Source of the DNA: a virus
Taxonomy: Duplodnaviria > Caudoviricetes
DNA length: 64,000 nucleotides
Reading direction: 5' to 3' (one strand)
IMG/VR virus record: IMGVR_UViG_3300033066_001054
Shown here: piece after piece, positions 29,957 through 40,200 of the stretch
How the letters are laid out: each line of letters starts with the position of its first letter
Numbering within the stretch: the stretch's first letter is position 1
The notes under the pieces: model-generated
The model's database searches: none
What the model saw: the letters and a program-made list of their open reading frames with translations, nothing else
What the model was told of the DNA's origin: nothing
Made by a program: the position numbers and the translations under genes

Positions 29957-31186
29957 ATGAGTGAGTTTGCTCGATATCTGGATGCCGAACTAAATCGTTT
30001 CTTGTCACGAGAAGCGCAATTTGGTGGGCGAGGCGGTCATCCACAGTCATGGATGACTGGGTTTGGCAATACATCATTGGGTCACGAGCGACGCACTGGT
30101 CCAGGCGGACAAAACAATTTTGCGCCCAATATGAGTCTAGACAGTATTATGGGCAGGACTCGTCGCAACACAGAAGACGCAGACCTACCAGATATTAACA
30201 TGGAAAGGTGGCTAGAAGGCTCACACACGGATGTAGAGGGCGATAGGCGAGGATATGACCTGAGTCCAGAAGAAAGACAGCTACAAAGCCTGAGAGAAAA
30301 GATTCGAAGACGAGAACTGTTTTTGCAATCCGAAAGAAACCCAGAAGCCAAGTTGGATGTTCCAAAGAAATTCAAGGATGGTAGCAATCAAGAGCAACAT
30401 CAAACGATTGAGTCTACGCTTGAACATAGGCACGAAAACGACGGAAAAGAATACAGCGACCAAGCCGCGCCGCAAATACAGCCCACGCGGACGTTTGGTT
30501 ATGCCAACACGTATCAACGCATGTTGAGGCTTGCAACCAAGTCGATATTTGACCAGAACAACAACACTCGCGAAGTAAAGCGCACGCACACCAGCACAGA
30601 GGCCACGCCGGTTATCACATCAAATGAAGAGGGCGACCCAATGAGTGCAGAAGAGGTGTCTAAAAAGATGCCCGCGCTTGGCAAAATGACCACCACTGTA
30701 AACCCAGGAGGAATCCCAACATCTAAGTCTGATTTTGAGCGTGCATTAGATGAATTGGCTCTCGATGATGCTGGAAAAGCAGATTTGGGTATGCAAAACA
30801 AGGACAATACATGGGGCGAGCGAACCTTGACATTCGACTTGCCGGCAGCAGATGAAGTTGGCGACCACTCAGGAAGCAAACTGCTAAACAAGGATATGTT
30901 CAAGGATGACAACGGCGCATTTGATGAAGATGGGTTCGATGGAGACCTAGATGCATTTCTTGATAAAGAACCCGATGAGGCGGTTACCACACTCGAGGAA
31001 CAACTGGAAAAAACCAGACCAAAACGCAAGTTCCGACCGCAAGACTCAGACCAGGTTGATGGATTCAGTGAAACGGAAGCCAAGCATTTGACAAATCCGA
31101 ATTTCCCGAATGTTCCGTGGGGATTGTCAGACTACTATAATGGCGGAGCATTTGCCGACCACGGCGTTCCGCTTCCTAAAATCTAG
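29957..31186 (+). CDS. hypothetical acidic protein, probable internal head protein
   Basis: Head module location; carries REAQ and TLEEQLEKTR motifs shared with neighbours. Confidence 0.55.
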   Translation: MSEFARYLDAELNRFLSREAQFGGRGGHPQSWMTGFGNTSLGHERRTGPGGQNNFAPNMSLDSIMGRTRRNTEDADLPDINMERWLEGSHTDVEGDRRGYDLSPEERQLQSLREKIRRRELFLQSERNPEAKLDVPKKFKDGSNQEQHQTIESTLEHRHENDGKEYSDQAAPQIQPTRTFGYANTYQRMLRLATKSIFDQNNNTREVKRTHTSTEATPVITSNEEGDPMSAEEVSKKMPALGKMTTTVNPGGIPTSKSDFERALDELALDDAGKADLGMQNKDNTWGERTLTFDLPAADEVGDHSGSKLLNKDMFKDDNGAFDEDGFDGDLDAFLDKEPDEAVTTLEEQLEKTRPKRKFRPQDSDQVDGFSETEAKHLTNPNFPNVPWGLSDYYNGGAFADHGVPLPKI

Positions 31187-31203
31187 CGTGTATAACCCGC
31201 CAT

Positions 31204-32331
31204 ATGGAGCCAAGAAAGTATGACTTTCTGATTGTTGGCGCAGGGTTATTCGGTTCTACATTTGCGCGACATGCAACAGATAGCGGAAAAAAGGTTCTCG
31301 TTATAGATAAACGAGAACACATTGCTGGCAATTGTTACGATGAAGATGTCGATGGCATATATGTGGGCAAATACGGCCCCCACTTTTTTCACACACCAGA
31401 AAGCTCAACATGGGCTTTCGTCAATAGGTTCAGCGATTTCAACAATGTACGCGCTAAACCGAAAGTCAATTACCAAGGCAAGATTTACAGCTTTCCAATC
31501 AATCTGATGACATTTTGTCAAGTATGGGGTGTCACTACTCCTGCTGAAGCCAGAGCGAGAATTGAGGCAGAACGAGTTCAAATTGAAAACCCGTCAAATT
31601 TCGAAGAGTTCGTGTTGTCGAAAGTTGGTCGACAAATCTACGAAATGTTCTTCGAGGGATACACCACAAAACAATGGGGCAGGCACCCATCAGAACTCCC
31701 GGCATCTATTGCAAAAAGAATTCCCATTCGATTTACCTACGATGACAACTACTTTCCAGACAGCCATGTGTATCAGGGGATTCCGTCCTTAGGATACACT
31801 AATATGTTCAAAAACATGCTAGATGGAATTGAGGTCGAACTTGGGGTTGATTATCTTGCCAACAGAAAATCATTGAGTAAAATGGCAAAACAGGTCCTAT
31901 ACACTGGACCGTTGGATGCCTTGTATCACTACAGATTTGGTAAGCTCGAATACCGTAGTTTGAGATTTGAAACCGAAAGGGTTATTGGTGATTTTCAAGG
32001 GAACACTGTAATTAACTACACTGACGTTAATACGCCATACACAAGAATCACTGAGTGGAAGCATAAATATGACATTCAGTGCGAGCATTCATATATCACT
32101 CGAGAGTATCCAGCAACATATGAAGAGACAGGCGAGGCTTACTATCCAATCAACGATGATACAAATAATGAACTGCACAAGAGATATCAACAATTGGCAG
32201 ATGCGGATTTGTTGCTGACTGGTGGACGAAATGCAGATTACCGATATTATGATATGAACATGGTTATTCCAGCAGCCAGTCGACTGGCTGAAAAGGTAAT
32301 TGGTGTAGGTAAACACGGATTCGGTGTGTAA
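31204..32331 (+). CDS. glf: UDP-galactopyranose mutase
   Basis: FAD motif GAGLFG, HIAGNCYD, YGPHFFHT, YTTKQWG, YQGIP..GY, LEYRSL, YTRITEWKH, YYPI, GRNADYRYYDM. Confidence 0.95.
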   Translation: MEPRKYDFLIVGAGLFGSTFARHATDSGKKVLVIDKREHIAGNCYDEDVDGIYVGKYGPHFFHTPESSTWAFVNRFSDFNNVRAKPKVNYQGKIYSFPINLMTFCQVWGVTTPAEARARIEAERVQIENPSNFEEFVLSKVGRQIYEMFFEGYTTKQWGRHPSELPASIAKRIPIRFTYDDNYFPDSHVYQGIPSLGYTNMFKNMLDGIEVELGVDYLANRKSLSKMAKQVLYTGPLDALYHYRFGKLEYRSLRFETERVIGDFQGNTVINYTDVNTPYTRITEWKHKYDIQCEHSYITREYPATYEETGEAYYPINDDTNNELHKRYQQLADADLLLTGGRNADYRYYDMNMVIPAASRLAEKVIGVGKHGFGV

Positions 32332-32334
32332 GTA

Positions 32335-32883
32335 ATGATTGTGGACGCTGAAACCCTGTCACAAATGACCAGGCTTGCCAGTGCATATGACATGCACGGT
32401 CAATACGAGGCTGCAGATATTTTGGATGCAGTTCTTGTTCGCGTTGCACAGGCCACTGGGCCATTCAATATGAACACACCGATGGAGGGTCGTATGCAAA
32501 AATATGACCGCTACCACGAAAAAGAACTGGATGGTGTTGAGCAAGACCGTCAAAAACACCCCAGATTAAGACCAACAGACTACGTTGACGATGGCACCAC
32601 AGATGAAGACATCGGCAAAGATGAAGCAGTACCAACTGTGCCCCAGCGCAAGAAATTCAAAAAACCAGACAGTGACACCATTTTTAGCATGGACGACACC
32701 GACCCCAAGAAGGGTGGCAATCCATTCCGAATGCACGATAAAGGCACTGCTGGATGGGGATTTATCACCTATGCACCGGATAGTGCTGGCATGTCTGGAC
32801 TAGACAAATTCACCTGGGAAAACAAGCGCGGCATCTACGACAATGCATCGGATAGATACAAACTCTTGTTGCCGCAGACTTAA
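32335..32883 (+). CDS. hypothetical protein with an N-terminal LD-x-x-G-x-Y/F-x-EAD-type motif
   Basis: RLASAYDMHGQYEAADILD. Confidence 0.65.
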   Translation: MIVDAETLSQMTRLASAYDMHGQYEAADILDAVLVRVAQATGPFNMNTPMEGRMQKYDRYHEKELDGVEQDRQKHPRLRPTDYVDDGTTDEDIGKDEAVPTVPQRKKFKKPDSDTIFSMDDTDPKKGGNPFRMHDKGTAGWGFITYAPDSAGMSGLDKFTWENKRGIYDNASDRYKLLLPQT

Positions 32884-32904
32884 TGTGGAAACTTTCAAAA
32901 AATC

Positions 32905-32931
32905 GTAGGTGCTGCGAATACAAATTCCTAA
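32905..32931 (+). promoter_or_regulatory. putative late promoter GTAGGT-N18-TAA
   Basis: Motif copy upstream of 32964. Confidence 0.55.
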
Positions 32932-32963
32932 GGGCATAACAGCACCCCGCGAGGTAAAACATT

Positions 32964-33485
32964 ATGCCCACACCAATTGGTCTAGTATCACAACAATCAG
33001 CTTGGAATTACTTGACTCAAGGCGACGACAACTTTAGTCTTTCTGACATTCAAAAGAATCTGCTTGAAATGAGCGGTATTCCTGTTCGCGAAGCGTCTAA
33101 GACTGACCCAAGAATTGTTGTTGCGCTTGAGATGATTCTCAAGAACGAATCACAAGATTTAACTGCGCTTGCAGAAGCAGTCGGCAAACCACGACACGTA
33201 TACAACGTGCCTAGCGAAATAAGTGACTATGAATTGATTGGTCTCAAGACTGCTGGATTAGTCCAAGGTCATGGTCGAGCCGTCAGCATCACTGACAAAG
33301 GCAAGGAAGCCATTCGCATGTATTGGTTGAACTCAAGCAACAAGTACAAGGACTCTAAGTCAGCCGAGTTCGTACATCCATGGAACAAGCAAGCATCGGA
33401 TAGCGCAGACAACATCAGGACCGCGTCTATTAACCGACGAAAGTTTGCCGATAGCAACTATCGCAAATTCCAAAGCGAGGAATAA
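32964..33485 (+). CDS. hypothetical protein, winged-helix-like
   Basis: LIGLKTAGLV..VSITDKGKEAI resembles a wHTH wing. Confidence 0.55.
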   Translation: MPTPIGLVSQQSAWNYLTQGDDNFSLSDIQKNLLEMSGIPVREASKTDPRIVVALEMILKNESQDLTALAEAVGKPRHVYNVPSEISDYELIGLKTAGLVQGHGRAVSITDKGKEAIRMYWLNSSNKYKDSKSAEFVHPWNKQASDSADNIRTASINRRKFADSNYRKFQSEE

Positions 33486-33486
33486 C

Positions 33487-34260
33487 ATGAAGTCTACACT
33501 CCACGCACAGGCAAAAGAAATTGCTAAGGTAATGCATCGCATTGCCGCGTGGAGCAACGACTACCCAGAGCTCAAAAAGAAGAGCGCGAACCTTATCAAG
33601 TTGCCACCAGTGTTTCTTGGCGGAGACAATGGTTCACCTGCCGATGGCAGAAAGAACCTTGAGGCAATGATAAAGGTCTTGGCAGATTATCAGCTTAGCG
33701 GGTTGACGCTCAACGAATTGCCCCAAAGATACGCGTCTTATGGCGGGACTGTCAAAGGCGACGAAATAGGAACCAGACGAATTCATAACTGGATGCACCA
33801 AGTTGCATTCGGGATTCGCGCGGCGATGATTGAAATGAACGATGACGAAGGTGACGAGGCCATAAGAGTGGCATCAAACGTTGCTGAGGTTCTCGACCAA
33901 TCTCCGCTTGTCTTTGTAGCAAGAGAGGGCAATGAATACCGGCCGCTGCGATACGCTTCTCGAGACGCCAAAGAACGATGGCTATGCGAAGAAGTAGTGC
34001 AGCAAAGACTCGGTACAAACTACAACAGTTATGGCGCACAAATCACCGATGATGAATGGTGCCAAAACGGAGTTGGTATGCAGTATCGAGTGGCACACTC
34101 GTCACTCAAAAGCAGCATCGAAAAATTGGTGAAACAGGCTCAAAAACTAGACCAACTTGGTCAATACACAGAGGCCGACACCATAGATGAGGCTTTGTCT
34201 AAGATTCAACGAGGAAGCAATGTCTTAGACACATTCAACGACACACAGGAAGCAAATTAA
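33487..34260 (+). CDS. hypothetical protein with a C-terminal LD-x-x-G-x-Y-x-EAD motif
   Basis: LVKQAQKLDQLGQYTEADTID; ATG 33487 follows the previous stop. Confidence 0.65.
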   Translation: MKSTLHAQAKEIAKVMHRIAAWSNDYPELKKKSANLIKLPPVFLGGDNGSPADGRKNLEAMIKVLADYQLSGLTLNELPQRYASYGGTVKGDEIGTRRIHNWMHQVAFGIRAAMIEMNDDEGDEAIRVASNVAEVLDQSPLVFVAREGNEYRPLRYASRDAKERWLCEEVVQQRLGTNYNSYGAQITDDEWCQNGVGMQYRVAHSSLKSSIEKLVKQAQKLDQLGQYTEADTIDEALSKIQRGSNVLDTFNDTQEAN

Positions 34261-34261
34261 C

Positions 34262-37200
34262 GTGAACATTAAGAATCTGCTTGGTAAGTTAAGCATTGGT
34301 CGCGCCGGAGTATCCACCGGTGCTGGTAACATTGTGCGCACAGGTGCGCCAGAAGACGCATTTCGTTCTGGCGTCGCAGAGTTTGTTCGCAAGGCACAAA
34401 CCGAAGAACCAATCGCGGCTGGAATGGGTGCTCAAACAAGCCCCAAGCGACGCATGACACATCCAGTCATGTTGGTGTCTCGTTTTAAGTATCCATACGT
34501 CAAGACCAAATCTGTACCAGGTGAAGAAGGTGAAAAACCAACCAAGGTTGAAACCGGTGAATTAGGGTGGAAAACGACCCCAAACAAAGATGTTGCTGAC
34601 GAAGCCGTTAATGGCCTTTATGCCTATGTGTTGTATCTTTATGAAGACACGGCAACTGGTCAAGATTTAGTCCTTGGTCAGCCAATTGAAGAGCAACTTG
34701 CAAAATCTAAAGCAACACAACAGCCATTGCTGGACGCTAGTATCCAACCCACTCACGTGGATACTCCAGATTGGTACAAAGCTCAAAAATCTCAAAAGGC
34801 TAAGCCAAAGCGAGTCAAGAAGTCAGGACCAGAAGATACCCTGAAAAGATTTGCCGCCGCTGGTGAAGCCGGCGATATTGATGCGCAGACCAACGATTAT
34901 TCTTCAGACCGCGAAATTGAATCTGCTGAATCGCGATACAAATTCAAGGGCAAGATTGTTCGATTTACCACCGACCCATCGAATCCAGAAGGCCAGGCTG
35001 CTAAATTTGGGGCCCATGTTGTCCCTGCGTCTAGCATGGGATATCGTGCGTATGAAGTCATGCCAAGTGCAGTGGCTGAAGATTTGTATGTAGAGCCAGA
35101 CGGAGAAGACCCATCCAAGGTACCAACCTGGACTAAGTCCATTAAAATTCCGACAGAAGAATCGCCATCCGCATATGGAACAAGTTTTAGGTACCGATTC
35201 TCCAATGGAGAACCCATTCCAACACTTAATGGCAACAAACATGTTTTGTCAGAACTGTTAAGCGTTAATGGTGAAAAAGCACCCAAAGACCCAGGCATGA
35301 ATGCCGATTTCAACATCTATGAATTCATGACTGCAAATGACCTTTGGGGGCAAATGGATAACTCAGGTCGACTGCCATCAGCAATCAAAACACAAATCGC
35401 AGATGCCGAATCAGAAATTCAATCAGCACCAGAACTTGAGCACTTCACTCTTGGCGGCGGCTCGCTTATTAATCTTGGTGGCAAAAAGGATTCTATCATG
35501 TCAGAAGAGAACCTTCTGGCTAGGGCACTGTATCATTTGCGCAATCCATCAATGTTCACTTATGTTAACACAGATGGAACCGAAGCATTTCGCCCTCGCG
35601 TAGCTGATGAACCAAACATTGCGCCATTAGCAACCCTAGACAAGCAATTACACGCCGCGCGACAGGCATATCGAGAACTATACGAACAACTCAGTCCAGC
35701 AGAAAGAAAAGCCAGTCCAGAACTTGCGGAGGCCGCAGAGCGAGCTAATCAAATCGGCATCAAGTTTGTTGATTTGATGGCGGCTAAATATCCGTCCAAA
35801 TTGCGCGAATTCGCACTCAAACAACCATATGTTGGTCACGCGCCTTCCGGCGAGCACAATAAACCTGGAGGAAAACACGAAAGTGCATATTCTCTAAGTC
35901 CAACATCTCATTTGTCAGACCAGGGCAAAACACTTGCGACTTATGAATCAGGTGGAGGATTGCAAAAACTCAATGACGACGACAGAAAGCTGTATGCACT
36001 TGTCAAGTCATTCGAACGCAATGCCGACAATGCGCTTAATAACCAGGCAAAAACACTACACAACCAGAAGCATGCCAAGCTGGTTGAGTCACCATCCGAA
36101 TCTGGTGAACCATACAAAATTCCCACTCCGCGCGACGCCGGTGGGGAATGGTCTGAAGCTGCCGGAAAGTCTATCGACTTCATGGAGAATCACTGGTTGC
36201 AAAACCATTTCTTGAGCGCAGAAGACAGGACTGCAATTTCAGAATTGCAAAACAAACTTGCGGCCGAAGGAAAGCAGTATACATGGGGTCAGGTAGCTAT
36301 TGCATATCTGAAGAACCAAGATAGGCTTAAGGTCAAAAAGTTCACCGAGCGCATTGGGATGCTTCATTCACCAGAGCACTTCTCGATAGAGGGGCCGTTC
36401 ACATTCAAATTGTCAGTAGACAATGCAGAAGACAGCAATGATAGCAATGACACTGAGTCATTCACGTTGTACAACTACATCCCAATTTCAGAGGCCGGCC
36501 AAAAACTAAAGAACGATGTAATCAAACAGCATCTTTTTAACAGTAAAGAAGTTGAACTAGCCGAACGTGTTTTTGACAGAAAACCATTCAATAATGGTGA
36601 CGGCACAGAGGAGGAGCATGAAAACAATGCTTTGTTTTCCATTTGGGCTAGTTGGGCAATAAAAGCCAAGCGGGCACAAGTCGCAGAGCGCACCAAAAAG
36701 GCATTGGCATTGCAAGAAGCCAAGGAGAAATCCAAGACTGAAAATGCCAGGGGCAAGCCTAATGGCTGGCCATATGCTCTAACATCTCAAAAGTTTAGTG
36801 ACGAGGAGCGAGCAGAATTTGCTGGCAACCTTGAGGAATTTGTCAATGATATTAAGTACAAAGCCGGAGCGGTAATTGACCATGAGCGCAAAGTAGTCTA
36901 TATCAATCCAGATGGTTCTCAGGTCAAACTGCCAAACTCATTGCCTGTGCAACTGCCGGCTGGTGCCAAAATGCCAATGCCGACATCGAGGCTAAAAAGA
37001 ATCAAGGACAAAGATGTACTAGCGCAATACGGCATCGTGTCAATTAAAAATGTGCTATACAGTACTGCAAACAGTCAGCCTGTTGCAGTACAAGATGATG
37101 CGTTAGTCATTGGCGACGATATAGTCCCGTTGGAATCCTTGCGCGAAATGACCGATAGTGAAATTTTAGACAACTATCGACTGTTTCAGCGCAACGGCAA

Positions 37201-40200
37201 GTATTATTCTGTTGCTGAAAAAGACAGGGTGACTGGTCCCATTACAGAAGTTTTGGCCCGGGGCGGAGAGAAAATTGCGTTACCGACTGAAACACTTGAT
37301 GAAAACGGACTACAATTGCTTATCAAATACACTGAGCAAACTACGGGGCAAAAACTTCGTGGCGGGCAAGTACACACATATGAATCTGATGATGATAAAA
37401 TCAAGATGAGTGGCGTGTACTCCGAAATGCTTAACAACGGTGCTTCGCCAAAAAATGCATACGAGCAGGCCAAAAAGGCTGTTATGCGTGAAAAGCTCAA
37501 TAGCGTTGCTGTGCAATGTCTTTCTGGTAGAGAACAAGCAAATCCAACATACATGCACGCAGCTAAGCACTGGGCTCCAAGAATGATTGAAACAATACAA
37601 TCACTAGGAGACAAGGACGAATTAGAGCTTATAGCCGAAAACTACGGCGGGTTTGATAACTTATTGATGGCAGCAAAATCTGGCGAACTTGACGCCGATG
37701 ACGCTAAAAGTCTTGTAGATACGTACAATGTTGTTACCGGAACAACACCACAACAAGGTGCGTACATCAAGCCGATAATGCAAGATGCTTTACTGCATGG
37801 ATATCAAAAAGATTCAACGCCTGGATTGCCCAACAACAAGTTCTGGCATATGATGATGTCTAATGCAGGTCGTAGATTCCTAGACAGAAAGATTGACAGC
37901 GAATCTGGTAATGATTTGGCAAGCCAAGCAATGCTTCATTTGATTGAAAAGCCAGAATCACCACTTGAAGGGTATGATTTGCATAGGATTTTACCAAAGT
38001 CATCGGTGGCATTGTTAGAAAAAACACTTAAGCCAGAAGAACGGTTAATGCAACGTGCAAACGCGCGATATAAAACAGGAAAGCGCACAGTTGTTGAAGA
38101 ATGGCAGGCAAAACCTTTGCCAAGATTGTTATTCGACCACATTGATTGGATGGTAACGCCTGGTATTTTCCCCCAAGAAATAATTGACCAGGCCCGAGAG
38201 CTGGCGGGTACTGAATTGGTTAAACAAGAACGTCTCAAGATGTTTCCTGATGATATCAGTAAGATGTTCCCTGGGGCAACTGATGAAGAGGATTCTCAAA
38301 AGACTCTCGAGGAAAAGGCTGCCCAAGACCCAGTAAAACGAAGGTTCCTAAATCAGCTCAATTATGCCACTGCTGTGGCTATTGTTCTACAACGCCAGGC
38401 GTCACAATCAGAGAAGCACCCGCAACAAGATATCTGGGATATCATCATGGATGAACCAGGTCTTGACCCGGCTTCTCCACAGTGGAATGCCAAGCATAAA
38501 CTCGCACAGCACGAAGCACAAATACAAAAAACCTCTGATGCTGTGCAAGAACAAGCAAAATTGAGAGAGCAACTTTCAATCAAGAGCATGTTCGATGTGC
38601 CAGATGATGTGCCAGTTGTCCAAATTAGCAATGAAGAAGCAGACGCGATTATTGACCAACCAATGGTTAATGCGCTCACTACATCATTGTTGCAGTCAGA
38701 AGACAGAGACAAGATTAGTGTTTTGGGCAAAGCAAATCGCGCCATGTATAACGAGGCCACTAGTTCAAAGAGTGGTCATGCCAGGGGCGTTGTATATCCC
38801 AAGAATTCAGTGGCTGTTACAAGCACAACGCCATTGATGATAACAGACGAAGAAGGCAGAGAGCGCGATGTTACTGGATACACACCAGAAGAGTATGAGG
38901 GTGTTCACAACGAGGGTGAGGCACCGCTCTATAGTGATGAAAAGGGATTGCCAAAAGAACTTTTGGCAATGATTAACAAAAACACCAAAAACATACTTCA
39001 GGGCACTGACAACGAAGAGGGTCTGACATTTTTGGGTGAGTTTAGACAAAAACTCAACAAAGACTTGATGGGTGAAAACCAGGGTCACATCAATCGTGCT
39101 CAAAGGGCTGAGGCAATGTACACCATGATATACAACCTGGTGTCTAAGTCAAAGAAAAGCCTGTCTGACAATGAAAAGAGGTTGGCGAGGGCCGAGGCAA
39201 ACAACGCCAATAGAACCACTATCAACTCGCTCAAAGCCGAGATTGAAAATGACACAAATATCTTGTCTATGATTGAGTCATACGATGTGTTTGAGCATCT
39301 GTCCAAGATGGTTCATTGGGGTCGAGAGTTCAGCAAAGTCGTCAACAAACTTGAGGATTTGGGTCTACAGGAGAGAGAAATTACATCTCATCTTCTTGAC
39401 AGATACCCAAGCGCTCAGCAAAACATGATGGCTGCGGCAAGGATGTATGAACCAGATAGTGCAGACGAGCTTGTTAGTATAGGTCGAGCAAAAACCAAAT
39501 ATCACCAAGAGATAAAGGACGCGGCACTGGCGTATGACCAATCTGCTAAGGAATTGTGGAACTTTCTCACGAGGACGACATACATGGACAAGCGCAATAT
39601 CGCAAAGCTCGAAGCCATGGGCATGGGTCTGAACATTAGCCAATCCGGTGCAGAGCAAGAATCAAGGCTGACTCAAGATGACCGCGATGAAGTCTCGAAT
39701 ATGGTATTTGACAAACTTGACAAAGAAGCCAGGTGGTTTGAGAACCCAAGCAATAGAATCCCAGCATATCAAGGGTCTGCACTCGGTGTTGAACAACCCA
39801 AAAAGGGTGAAGCAACAGTACCAATTGACTCATTGACACTGCCAGGTGACAAGAAAGAAATACCTAACGGAATTAACCCCATAGACCTGTACAAATTCTT
39901 GTCGCGTCGAGGTGTGCTTTTTGCACTTGAAATGAGCAAACTGGATAAAATTTCCGGCAGACAAAAAACTGCTGGTGCGCAAGGAAAATACACTCAAGAC
40001 TTTACTCAGCCAAAAGATATGGCGTGGTTTGTGCATAACTGGTTGCAAAACACACACATTCCAGACGGGGTTCTGGTGCCTGGGGCCAATGGTCTCAACA
40101 CACTTGACACCGCAATTGGTGAGATAGAACGCAGATTCGCCAAGCCTGGTGGTATTTATTGGAGTAATGCTGGTGAATATAACCCATTGCTTGAGCACGC

